Of a stretch of DNA of 64,000 bases, positions 38,560-47,502 are shown one piece after another. Position 1 is the first letter of the stretch. The number at the start of each line of letters is the position of its first letter. Both the position numbers and the translations under genes were made by a program. This DNA comes from an uncultured Desulfarculus sp. (GTDB taxonomy: Bacteria > Desulfobacterota > Desulfarculia > Desulfarculales > Desulfarculaceae). The notes under the pieces were generated by a model that ran no database searches, had not been told where the DNA came from, and worked only from the letters and a program-made list of their open reading frames with translations. The DNA is taken from positions 896,001 through 960,000 of the forward strand of contig CAXXUK010000001.1 in NCBI GenBank assembly GCA_963665125.2, in the 5' to 3' direction.

Positions 38560-39354
38560 ATGTCGGCTTTTCCCATTGATCAGGGGTTGAACCGCACCTT
38601 GAATAAAACACGTTTGACAATCCCCGCTATCGTTGCCGCATTAGTGCTGAGTTGCACTGCCTGTTACGCCCTGGACAGCTGCTCCCTGATGTCACAGGCT
38701 GAAAACCTTTTCATGCAGCGCGAGGATATGGCCAAGGCCAGAGAATCCGTGGAATACTACCGCAAGGTTCTGGCCACGGACCCTGATTCGCTTACCGCCT
38801 CTTTGCGTCTGGCCCGGGTGCTGATCTATATCGGGGCGCAGTGCAACAGCCCGGAAGAAGAATCCCAGTATTACCAGGAAGCCATTGACGTTTCACGCCA
38901 GGCCTCCAAGCTTCATCCTGGCAAACCGGGGCCCCACTATTGGCTGGGCATGGCCTGCGGGCTGATGGGCGCGGCCAATGGCGGCATCGGCGCCTTGCCC
39001 TATATCGACGAGACCAAACAGCAAATGGCCATGGTCATGAAGCTGGACCCCAATTATGACTATGGCGGCGCCTACCGCATCCTGGGCCGCATGTACGCCC
39101 TGTTGCCGGGCATCGTGGGCGGCGATTATGACAAGGCCGAACAGATGCTCAGCGAGGCCTGCAAAATCGGTCCACAGTATCTGTTGAACCATCTCTATCT
39201 GGCCGACGTGTACATCCAGACGGACAGACCCAGCAAGGCCGAAAAAGTCCTGCAACAGGTTGTAAACACTTCCACCATGTCCGGTCTTGAGCCCGAGGAC
39301 AAGCTCTGGAAGATGCACGCGAGCCGCCTGTTGAACACCTGCATCATCCGCTGA
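38560..39354 (+). CDS. Exported TPR protein (TatT-like); start uncertain
   Basis: Hydrophobic signal segment; helical repeats HYWLG, DPNYDYGGAYRILGRMY..LPG..GGD..KA. Confidence 0.65.
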   Translation: MSAFPIDQGLNRTLNKTRLTIPAIVAALVLSCTACYALDSCSLMSQAENLFMQREDMAKARESVEYYRKVLATDPDSLTASLRLARVLIYIGAQCNSPEEESQYYQEAIDVSRQASKLHPGKPGPHYWLGMACGLMGAANGGIGALPYIDETKQQMAMVMKLDPNYDYGGAYRILGRMYALLPGIVGGDYDKAEQMLSEACKIGPQYLLNHLYLADVYIQTDRPSKAEKVLQQVVNTSTMSGLEPEDKLWKMHASRLLNTCIIR

Positions 39355-39423
39355 AACTAGCTTCAGACCTAAGACATGTCTCCGGTCAAGTCTGGCCGTG
39401 AAACTGCATTGCTATGTAGATAA

Positions 39424-39594
39424 GCCCGGCCGGGGCCAGCGGTGTTCATGCGCGCACTGAGTATTGCCCGCGATACGGGAGCCCAAGCATTGGGCCTCGC
39501 GCCGCATCATCATGTTGAGACGCCCGGCCGGGGCCAGTGGTGTTCATGCGCACACTGAGTATTGCCCGCGATACGGGAGCCCAAGCATTGGGCC
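39424..39594. repeat. Two 73-bp direct repeats (39424-39496, 39522-39594) built from hairpins
   Basis: 71/73 identical with a 25-nt spacer; an extra GCCCAA-AGTA-TTGGGC hairpin follows. Confidence 0.92.
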
Positions 39595-39621
39595 CAAAGT
39601 ATTGGGCACCAGATATTGTGC

Positions 39622-39650
39622 TTGACCGGATTTGGGGCGGCATATATAGT
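39622..39650 (+). promoter_or_regulatory. Sigma70 promoter of recJ (probably leaderless)
   Basis: TTGACC-17 nt-TATAGT, 6 nt before ATG 39657. Confidence 0.65.
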
Positions 39651-39656
39651 GCGTGT

Positions 39657-41381
39657 ATGCATGTAACCTCCACCCCGAAAACCTGGAACGTGATGCCGGA
39701 AACGCCCCGGGCGGCGGATGCGTTGGCCCGTGAATTGGGCATTCCCGTCTTGGCGGCCCAACTGCTTTGCAACCGGGGATTCAGTGATCCGGCCGAGGCC
39801 AGGTCCTTTTTGTATCCCAGCCTGGCCGAACTGCCCGGTCCGGACGGTTTCGATGGCATGGAACAGGCCGTGGAACTGCTTTGCGAGGCGGTTCAAGATG
39901 GCCGGACCATCGGCGTGGCCGGCGATTACGACGCCGACGGCGTAACGGCCACGGCGCTGATGGTGGATTTCCTCCAAAACTCCCGGGCTAGGGTGGTGTG
40001 GGATCTGCCCCACAGGCTCAACGAAGGCTACGGCTTTCTGCCGCCCAGGGCTGACAGGCTTAAAGCGGCCGGGGCCGAGGTTATCATCACCGTTGACTGC
40101 GGCATTTCCGACCACGAGGGGGTGGCCAGGGCCAAGGAGCTGGGTATGGGGGTGGTGGTCACGGACCATCACCAACTGCCGCCGGGCGCGGTGGTGCCCG
40201 CCGATGCCGTGGTCAATCCCCAGCAGGGCAACGACGCCCTGGCGCGCAACCTGGCCGGTGTGGGCGTGTCATTTTATCTGGCCGCGGCGCTACGGGCGGG
40301 TCTGCGGGCCAGGGGGCATTACAGGACCATTCCGGAGCCAAATCTACGCAACAGCCTTGACCTGGTGGCTTTGGGCACCTGCGCCGATGTCGTTCCCCTG
40401 GTAGGGCACAACCGGATTTTGGTCAATGAAGGGCTGCGGGTGCTCAATGAAGGCGGCCGTTTGGGTTTGCAGGCCCTTTCACGGGCCTCCGGGGTAAACG
40501 GCGCCATGGATGCCCGAGACCTGGGATTTGGCCTGGCGCCCCGGATAAACGCCGCGGGCAGGGTGGATCACCCCGAACAGGCCCTGCGCCTGCTGCTGGC
40601 CGAGCGGGAAGATATTGCCAGGGAATTGGCCGGTCTGCTCGACGGCTTTAATGTGGCCCGGCGGGGCATCGAAGAAGAGATGTTCGGCCAGGCCATGGAC
40701 CAGGTCATCGGCGACAATGGCTTTGATCGCCGGGGCATGCTGGTGCTCAGCCAAGAGGGCTGGCACAAGGGCGTGCTGGGCATTGTTGCCAGCCGGGTGG
40801 TGGAGGCCACGGGCAAGCCTGCGATACTGTTCGCCGTGGAAAACGGCAAGGCCGTGGGCTCGGGTCGCTCGGTGCAAGGCTTTCATTTGCAACAGGCCCT
40901 GGCCAAGTGCGCCCACCTGATGCAACATTACGGCGGCCACGCCATGGCCGCGGGCATGACCGCCGCCACGGCTGACCTGGGCAAACTTTCCGATGAGTTG
41001 GACAAATTGGCCAAACGCCAGTTGGCCGAGGCCCCGGGCAATGATTCGTTGCAGGTGGAGGCCGTAGCTGCCCTGGACGACCTGGGGCCGCGGTTCATGG
41101 GCTTCATGGATTGCCTAGGCCCCTATGGCGAAGGCAACCCCGAGCCGCTGCTCACGGCACGGAACGTCAGAGTCGTACGCGCGTGGGAAGTCGGCAAGGG
41201 CCATCTGCGCATGAACGTGGCCCAGGGGCGCATGCAGATGCAGGCCATATGGTTTGGCCATATCAACGATTGCCCGCCGGACAACTGCCGCTGCGACCTG
41301 GTTTTTCACCCGCGCATATCCAATTTCCGGGGGCGCCGCCTGGAACTGGTGGTCCAGGACATGAAGACGGCTTCCGTTTAG
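39657..41381 (+). CDS. recJ: ssDNA exonuclease RecJ
   Basis: GDYDADG, EGYG, TVDCG, TDHH, DLVALGTCADV, APRINAAGR, GSGRS, GGHAMAAG. Confidence 0.96.
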   Translation: MHVTSTPKTWNVMPETPRAADALARELGIPVLAAQLLCNRGFSDPAEARSFLYPSLAELPGPDGFDGMEQAVELLCEAVQDGRTIGVAGDYDADGVTATALMVDFLQNSRARVVWDLPHRLNEGYGFLPPRADRLKAAGAEVIITVDCGISDHEGVARAKELGMGVVVTDHHQLPPGAVVPADAVVNPQQGNDALARNLAGVGVSFYLAAALRAGLRARGHYRTIPEPNLRNSLDLVALGTCADVVPLVGHNRILVNEGLRVLNEGGRLGLQALSRASGVNGAMDARDLGFGLAPRINAAGRVDHPEQALRLLLAEREDIARELAGLLDGFNVARRGIEEEMFGQAMDQVIGDNGFDRRGMLVLSQEGWHKGVLGIVASRVVEATGKPAILFAVENGKAVGSGRSVQGFHLQQALAKCAHLMQHYGGHAMAAGMTAATADLGKLSDELDKLAKRQLAEAPGNDSLQVEAVAALDDLGPRFMGFMDCLGPYGEGNPEPLLTARNVRVVRAWEVGKGHLRMNVAQGRMQMQAIWFGHINDCPPDNCRCDLVFHPRISNFRGRRLELVVQDMKTASV

Positions 41382-41429
41382 AGAACGGGCTCAATGGCCC
41401 GCACACCCGTTCCATGTCAGGCTGTGACC

Positions 41430-42026
41430 ATGGAACAGCCGCCATCCAAATACGAATTCCTTGAAATAGGTGACTCCCTGCTGCGATTCCGGCAACTGGG
41501 TCCTTTGGCTTGGTCGGCAGAGGCGGCTCGGTGCGTGGGCAAGGGCGCTTTGGCCCGGGCCGTTCTGCCGGAGTTGGACCTTCAATGGCGAGGCGTACAT
41601 TATCCGGACGGCAATCCCGGCGACGCCCTTTGGGACTGGCGCGACCTGCCGGTGGAGGCTGCCAGGATGATCGTGGACCAGGCCTGCAAACCCATGCTCA
41701 GCACCGGGCAAGCCGATGATCTGTCCCAACTTGCCGGACATCTGCGTTTTGCCTCCGACTATCCGGAGATCAACTGCGCCAATTGCATAAATGGGCAGGA
41801 GTTTGAAGAACCGGCGTTTGATTGCAACCAGTGTGGGTTTGTGCCGGTTCCTCAGTCCTTGGCCCCGTTGAAAGAGATTTTCGAATTGGCTGGGGGCGCC
41901 AAGGACGGCGACCTGGAAAGGATTGCCCGTTTGTGCCGCATGATGGGGCATGACGATGTTTGGGCTCTATGGCTGCAATTGCAGTTGCTTTACGTTTTTT
42001 GCAATTCGGATAATGCGAATAAATAA
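41430..42026 (+). CDS. Hypothetical protein with two CxxC motifs
   Basis: Open frame between recJ and the CoA-binding gene; CANC...CNQC. Confidence 0.55.
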   Translation: MEQPPSKYEFLEIGDSLLRFRQLGPLAWSAEAARCVGKGALARAVLPELDLQWRGVHYPDGNPGDALWDWRDLPVEAARMIVDQACKPMLSTGQADDLSQLAGHLRFASDYPEINCANCINGQEFEEPAFDCNQCGFVPVPQSLAPLKEIFELAGGAKDGDLERIARLCRMMGHDDVWALWLQLQLLYVFCNSDNANK

Positions 42027-42071
42027 CCACGTGGGAAAAGCCGTGCTAAGATATCGGCCAAGGAGGTTGAT

Positions 42072-42503
42072 ATGTTCGGAGGGATCGCCATACGGCCCAA
42101 GGACGACGAACTGCGCGGCATCCTGCGGGAAAGCAAGGTCATCGCCGTTGTGGGGCTTTCGCCCAAACACGAGCGAGACAGCAACATGGTGGCCCGTTAT
42201 CTCCGGAACGCCGGCTATGAGATCATCCCCGTGAACCCGGCCGTTGATGAGGTGCTTGGCTGCAAGGCATATCCAACCTTGGCTGATATCCCAAAACAGG
42301 TCGATATCGTGGATGTTTTCCGCAGGCCCGAGCACGCCATCGCCATTGCTGAGGAGGCTGTGCAAACCGGAGCCAAAGTCCTGTGGCTGCAAGAGGGCGT
42401 GCACAACCAACAGGCCTGCGATATTGCGATGAAGGCCGGAATGTCGGTGATCAGCGACCTTTGCATCAAAGTCGAACATCAGCGCCTTGCCATAACGGAT
42501 TAA
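42072..42503 (+). CDS. CoA-binding protein (YccU-like)
   Basis: IAVVGLS, IIPVNP, VDIVDVFR, LWLQEG, DLCI; AGGAGG RBS. Confidence 0.92.
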   Translation: MFGGIAIRPKDDELRGILRESKVIAVVGLSPKHERDSNMVARYLRNAGYEIIPVNPAVDEVLGCKAYPTLADIPKQVDIVDVFRRPEHAIAIAEEAVQTGAKVLWLQEGVHNQQACDIAMKAGMSVISDLCIKVEHQRLAITD

Positions 42504-42637
42504 CATCGTTCAAACCATTTATGTTTTTACAAAAAATCGATTTAGTGTTAATGTTGAACATTAATCATAGTGGGATATGCGTCAATAAAACAACTCATGC
42601 TCGGTGGTCTCCCTGAGAACGGGGGGTGGGAGCGACA

Positions 42638-42889
42638 ATGCGCTACTATGGAAAATACGGAGCTCAGACCAAGAGGCCTGAAATCCACTGCGATAATATG
42701 GTAAATGATTTGCGCTTGCGGGCCAGAGCGGTTCTGTTTGGTCGCGTGTCAAACAATCTGGTCATGTGGCTGGGTCTGGTTTTGATGGTTTTCACCATTG
42801 CGCTGTGCCTGCTGGGCCTTTCCAATTTATCTTCAGACAACAACCGGTTCGCCCATGGTACTAACTCGCAAGTGATAATTAGGCGGTAG
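42638..42889 (+). CDS. Small membrane protein, hypothetical
   Basis: GGGAG RBS; one TM helix near the C-terminus. Confidence 0.5.
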   Translation: MRYYGKYGAQTKRPEIHCDNMVNDLRLRARAVLFGRVSNNLVMWLGLVLMVFTIALCLLGLSNLSSDNNRFAHGTNSQVIIRR

Positions 42890-42911
42890 TTAAAAAACAG
42901 GAAAAGACGTA

Positions 42912-43418
42912 ATGGGGCGGATAGCAATATCAATCGCTTTGATTGTGGTGGCAACGGCGGCCTGCTGCATGGCAGGATGCGGCACCACGCCCATCAGCAC
43001 CCGGGCGATCGAGGAAAAATACCTTGACGAAGGCTATGCCAACCGGATGTACGAATACGGCGAGGAATTGCTCAAGCAAGGCCGCTACACGCAAGCATAC
43101 ACCGCCTTTTTGGATGCCGAACAAACCGCCTATACCAAAACACTGCGTGAAGCCGCCCGCAAGCGCCGCATGTGGCTGGGCGACTCCATTGCAAAAATGG
43201 AAAAAGACGGCAAGCCCCTTCCGCCAAAGGCCGACCTTGGAGAAGATGTGGAATTGCCGGAACCGGCCCTGCCTTCCAACGTGCGGGGCGGAAGCGCCAT
43301 CCAGGGCCAACAGGTTTTGCCTGGTCTTAAGCCTGGCTCGCCATCAATCGTCATTCCCGGACCGGCACGGTTGTCGGCCAGCCAAAGTGATAACGATGAT
43401 GGAGAAGCTCTGGAGTAA
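42912..43418 (+). CDS. Putative lipoprotein (TPR-like segment, Pro-rich tail)
   Basis: Lipobox MAGC; YEYGEELLKQGRYTQAYTAF. Confidence 0.65.
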   Translation: MGRIAISIALIVVATAACCMAGCGTTPISTRAIEEKYLDEGYANRMYEYGEELLKQGRYTQAYTAFLDAEQTAYTKTLREAARKRRMWLGDSIAKMEKDGKPLPPKADLGEDVELPEPALPSNVRGGSAIQGQQVLPGLKPGSPSIVIPGPARLSASQSDNDDGEALE

Positions 43419-43427
43419 CGGCCTGGA

Positions 43428-44102
43428 TCAGTAGTCCACAGGCGCGTTTTTGGCAAAGCTGTCTATATCTTCTGAATATTTTTCATAAAGATCGCTGAAC
43501 ATCACCGGCAGACGCTTGTTAAATTCGGCAAGCAGGGGCAACATGATTTGTCTAATCTGGGGATGGGACGGCCGTCCGCAACGCAGGTTCAATACGTGCC
43601 GCCATTCCCTGAGGTTGGCTGTCATCACGATTTCTGTTTTTAGACTGTTGGGAAGAACGCTCCGGGCCTCCTGGGCCTTTGCACCGTTTTCCAGTAGAGC
43701 CATGTAAGCCTTTTCAGCCATGGCCATGGCCTGGAGCCAAGTCTGATAGTTTTCCTCTTGTTCTTCCCAGAACAGTGGCTTGATAACGGTGATTTCGCTG
43801 CCGAACTTGTCCTTGGCGTAATTGGCGTAGCGTGTGCTTTCCTGGCTGAAGGCGGCAAGACGGTGGCGAACCAGTTCATGGGTAACGCCCCGGTCGCAGA
43901 TGAAGCGTACACTGATGTTAGCGTGTTCTATGACGCTGTGGTGCCCCGAAGCGATTATTCTTCGCACAAAACCTTCTGCGGAGTCATCGGTGGTCAGATC
44001 TTCGGACTTATAACAAGTCCGACCGGCCGACTCGATCAGCTTCATCAGTTGATCGGCTTCGGGCATGAATATGATATTAAAGGCAGGCCTTATAACGCGC
44101 AT
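43428..44102 (-). CDS. thyX: FAD-dependent thymidylate synthase
   Basis: GHHSVIEH, ThyX motif RHRLAAFSQESTRY, ARSVLP, NLREWRH. Confidence 0.96.
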   Translation of the reverse strand: MRVIRPAFNIIFMPEADQLMKLIESAGRTCYKSEDLTTDDSAEGFVRRIIASGHHSVIEHANISVRFICDRGVTHELVRHRLAAFSQESTRYANYAKDKFGSEITVIKPLFWEEQEENYQTWLQAMAMAEKAYMALLENGAKAQEARSVLPNSLKTEIVMTANLREWRHVLNLRCGRPSHPQIRQIMLPLLAEFNKRLPVMFSDLYEKYSEDIDSFAKNAPVDY

Positions 44103-44147
44103 GAAACAACTCGTCGGCCACCTGCCCAAGGCAGGTGGCCGTTTAGA

Positions 44148-45596
44148 TTAGCTGCCGGCACGGCTTTCCAAATATCTCTTGGTCACCGGCGAATCAATCG
44201 CTTCCAAAATTTCTTTCATTTTGGGCCATTGTTCACCGATTTTTTTGTCAGCCATTTCAATTATGATGTCCTGCATCAGCAGATCGTTCTTGACGCTCTG
44301 CACCAGGGCCTTCATAACCGCTTCACGCATTTCAGGAGAGGCTTCTACTGGCGCCTCGAGTTCTTTTTGAGCATCGGGTCCCGCCTGAGTCAAGGCTTCA
44401 TCCCTGACCGGTGCTTCCTGAGCAGGCATGGGCCCATTCTGATCCAGAGGCCTGTTTTGCGCAACATCCTGCATTTCGGGTTGTTCGGCAGGGTTTAGTT
44501 GCGCCTCTTCATTGGGTATTACGGCATCCAGCGCGAGTTGTAATATTTTGGTGTCAAGATCCACCAGAACCAAATCGGTAAGCAGAGATATATCGTTGAG
44601 CAACTCCTCCGCTTGTTCTTCGGTGATGATTTGGTCTTTGGGCATATCTTCCGGGCTGGAATATCCCAGCGACCTAGCACGCATTTCGTTATAGATCGGG
44701 GCTCGTACATCAGCATCAAGCAAATCGTCGTACAACAACTTCACCTGTTTTGCCGTGTATCTGAATTTCTCCAGCAGTGGAAGCAATTGCAAGGCAGACT
44801 CACATCTAACTACTGATGAAGATTCGCTTTCGGAAATGGCATATTGGGCGAGGGCCAATGCCTTGTATTGATTTAAATACTTCCAGGCAGGGTCCCGGGA
44901 GCAGAGGTCGGCAAGGTCTTTGATGGCTTCGTCGGCCCTACCTGCTCCGGCTTCCACGCCATATTCGCCCGTTTCGCTTCCCTTGAAGATGTCTCTTTGA
45001 CTTACAGCGCCCAATTCAAACGTGGACAGATACGACCTGCTGAGGAGGGTTACTTCATTTTCCTTGTCGAGGAGAGAAAATTTAGCGTTGAGCCTGGTGC
45101 CCAGATTGATGCTGGGTATGACGTATCCGGCCATGTCAACCTGACCCTGGGTGGCCAGATTGGTCAGGGCAAATGCAGGCAATAAGGCGCCGTTGGCTAT
45201 GACCTGGGGAACCCGGTACGCATTTGACCCAATTACGTTAAGGGCGAATGCCGTAACCTTGACTTCAAGCCGATAAGGGAGATCTGCCGCCTCTTGTGAA
45301 TTCGGGGTCGGCAAGGCGCTGAATAGCCCGCTGCTTAAAAGGTCTGCTCGCAGCTTCTCGGTGATGGCGGGAGCAAATATATGAATATTATAGTTTGGAG
45401 CGTCCCAGGTTCCCTCTTCCCAGGCGCGTGCGTCGTCAATGGGCGGCATCTCTGCGGACAGCGCCGCCTTGTTGATTTCGCCCCTGAGAGGGTCCCTCGC
45501 TTCTTGTGTCGTTTTTATATATGCGCAACCAGCCGATGAGGCTAATGCCGCAATGATAATCGTGCTTATAAACAGCTTTGCCAGACCGAGTTTCAC
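44148..45596 (-). CDS. Large hypothetical lipoprotein
   Basis: GTG start after GGAGGAAGAG; lipobox SAGC; 482-codon ORF. Confidence 0.7.
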   Translation of the reverse strand: MKLGLAKLFISTIIIAALASSAGCAYIKTTQEARDPLRGEINKAALSAEMPPIDDARAWEEGTWDAPNYNIHIFAPAITEKLRADLLSSGLFSALPTPNSQEAADLPYRLEVKVTAFALNVIGSNAYRVPQVIANGALLPAFALTNLATQGQVDMAGYVIPSINLGTRLNAKFSLLDKENEVTLLSRSYLSTFELGAVSQRDIFKGSETGEYGVEAGAGRADEAIKDLADLCSRDPAWKYLNQYKALALAQYAISESESSSVVRCESALQLLPLLEKFRYTAKQVKLLYDDLLDADVRAPIYNEMRARSLGYSSPEDMPKDQIITEEQAEELLNDISLLTDLVLVDLDTKILQLALDAVIPNEEAQLNPAEQPEMQDVAQNRPLDQNGPMPAQEAPVRDEALTQAGPDAQKELEAPVEASPEMREAVMKALVQSVKNDLLMQDIIIEMADKKIGEQWPKMKEILEAIDSPVTKRYLESRAGS

Positions 45597-45695
45597 CTCT
45601 TCCTCCCTATCAAGGATACAGTTCTGCCAGAGGCTAAACTCAGGACGGCCACCTTGTCAAGCAGCGATGCAACATAATGCGTATTTAAAGGTTGC

Positions 45696-46124
45696 CTAGT
45701 GGCGTCCATAGTGGCGTAACAAACCGGCAACGACCCCTAAAACCCGAACTTGTTCGTTGCGCAAGACGATTGGTTCCATTGTGGAATTGGCCGGGACCAG
45801 CTTTATGTGGTCTTTTTCCATGTAAAACTTTTTCAGGGTGACGTCCGTTTCATTGATCAGCGCTACAACCATTTGGCCGTTTTCGGCTGTTTGGCGCTCT
45901 TCGACCACAATAATATCGCCGGGAGCGATTTGTTCGTCGATCATGGAGTCGCCACGCACTTCCAAGGCAAAAGTGCGAAAGCGCCCGAGCATATCCTTGG
46001 GGATGGACACCGTCCGGTCGTACGACATGGCTTCGATTGGTTGGCCAGCCGCCACGATACCCAAAAGAGGAATATCTCTCTCATCCAAGTCGATTTCGCT
46101 GAAGCCAAGGTCCTTGAGATCCAT
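45696..46124 (-). CDS. LexA-like S24 autopeptidase lacking the N-terminal DNA-binding domain
   Basis: IPLLGIVAAGQPI (Ala-Gly cleavage site), VRGDSM (Ser), TLKKF (Lys), LVPANSTMEPI; GGAGG RBS and its own promoter. Confidence 0.88.
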   Translation of the reverse strand: MDLKDLGFSEIDLDERDIPLLGIVAAGQPIEAMSYDRTVSIPKDMLGRFRTFALEVRGDSMIDEQIAPGDIIVVEERQTAENGQMVVALINETDVTLKKFYMEKDHIKLVPANSTMEPIVLRNEQVRVLGVVAGLLRHYGRH

Positions 46125-46230
46125 TTGACACCTCCGCTAAACCACTGTCTAGTAGACTATACGCGCGTTGATTTTATGTCAAGCTTTTAATGTTTGGATT
46201 GGTCGATAGCAGCGTGATATAGTTTGCGGC

Positions 46231-47064
46231 ATGATTATCGACGTACACACACATATATTCCCGCCGGAAGTTATAGCTGACCGGCAGAGGTTCTTGGACG
46301 GGGAGCCGGCCTTCGCGGCCATTTATTCCGACCCAAAAGCTCCGATGGTTGACGGCCTGGGACTGGTCCGGGCCATGGATGAAGACGGCGTGGATGTCTC
46401 GTGGGCCATGGGATTCCCCTGGGTGAAGGAAGAAAATGCGGCTCTGCACAATGAGTACCTGGTCAAGGCGGTTGAGCAGAGCGGAGGACGCCTAAGGGGA
46501 ATGGCCTGTGTTCGCCCACCAGCTTCATGGGCCTTTGCTCAAGCCCAAAAAGCCCTTGAAATGGGCCTGCACGGCTTGGGTGAACTAGCCTTTTACGACA
46601 GCGACCTGGATGTCGAAAGCCTTGATCCATTGGCTAAACTCTGCGCCGAGGCCGATGTCCCCTTGCTTCTGCACACCAATGAACCCGTGGGGCATATCTA
46701 TCCCGGCAAGGCGCCAATGACTCTGGCATCGCTTTACAGGCTGATAAAAAGCAATCCGAAAACGAAATTCGTTTTAGCCCATATGGCGGGCGGATTGTTT
46801 TTTTACTCACTGTTGAAGAAAGAAGTCGGCCAGGTGCTGGAAAATGTCTGGATCGACACCGCGGCGGCTCCGTTTTTGTATAAGCCCGCGGCGTATGGTT
46901 TGGCCGTGCAGCTTTTGGGCGACGACAAAGTGTTGTTGGGCACTGATTATCCATTGCTTCGTTTGCCGCGTTATAAAAAGGAATTGTCAGACCCGTCCAG
47001 TGGGTTGACTGATAAGCAACTCGAACAAATCCTGGGCATGGCCGCGCAAAATCTCCTGGCCTAA
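46231..47064 (+). CDS. Amidohydrolase-2 family metallo-hydrolase
   Basis: IIDVHTH, GLGEL, LLHTNEP, LAHMAGG, LGTDYP. Confidence 0.9.
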   Translation: MIIDVHTHIFPPEVIADRQRFLDGEPAFAAIYSDPKAPMVDGLGLVRAMDEDGVDVSWAMGFPWVKEENAALHNEYLVKAVEQSGGRLRGMACVRPPASWAFAQAQKALEMGLHGLGELAFYDSDLDVESLDPLAKLCAEADVPLLLHTNEPVGHIYPGKAPMTLASLYRLIKSNPKTKFVLAHMAGGLFFYSLLKKEVGQVLENVWIDTAAAPFLYKPAAYGLAVQLLGDDKVLLGTDYPLLRLPRYKKELSDPSSGLTDKQLEQILGMAAQNLLA

Positions 47065-47084
47065 ACCGGTTTTCCCAAAATCCA

Positions 47085-47115
47085 AAAAAACGCGCTCTCA
47101 ATGAGCGCGTTTTTT
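47085..47115 (+). terminator. Intrinsic terminator
   Basis: AAAAAACGCGCTC-TCAAT-GAGCGCGTTTTTT. Confidence 0.8.
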
Positions 47116-47286
47116 CGTCCACTGCTTAAATACTCCATTCCTTGTTTTTCGGATAATTCACAGATGTTCATGTTTTAGGGAACTCGCATTCCGCAAAAAT
47201 AGGAAAATGCGGTTGGAAAAGAAAATAAAATTAACCTGTCGAAGCTAAAAATAAATAAAAACAAACAGATAAATAAATAATGATGG

Positions 47287-47303
47287 TTGGCAAGGATATT
47301 GCT
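47287..47303 (+). promoter_or_regulatory. Sigma54 promoter of the MCP gene
   Basis: TTGGCAAGGATATTGCT (GG-N10-GC), preceded by an AT-rich tract. Confidence 0.78.
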
Positions 47304-47502
47304 TATATGCTGTGTAGGATGGCGCCGTTAATAATGGCTGGTGAATAAATCACGTTATTAACGAGTTGCACCACTGGACTGAGATAAAAAAAGCGTTTGA
47401 ACATTGTGCGCTTGAGAAATCGCCGTCAAGGCAGTGATAATAGACAGTAGGAACAGCTAGGAAAGAAAACACTGATTGGCACTCAGCCGGTTGGAGGATC
47501 AA

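Noticed and set aside
39448..39558. 36-aa ORF (MRALSIARD...HHH...CSCAH) across the repeat
   Set aside because: It has no RBS and the two repeat copies are read in different frames, so coding function is unsupported.
39424..39594. Possible CRISPR array
   Set aside because: Only two units, the 73-bp repeat is too long, and there are no cas genes in the window.
45696..46124. lexA pseudogene or canonical lexA
   Set aside because: There is no upstream wHTH remnant, and the RBS, promoter and catalytic residues are intact; without a DNA-binding domain it cannot be the repressor.
43428..47500. Horizontally acquired island (visibly AT-richer stretch)
   Set aside because: No mobility genes or boundary repeats were seen, it contains housekeeping thyX, and the composition was not quantified.
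47304..47502. c-di-GMP riboswitch in the MCP leader
   Set aside because: The characteristic GEMM motif (GGCAAAC...GNRA/receptor) could not be found.
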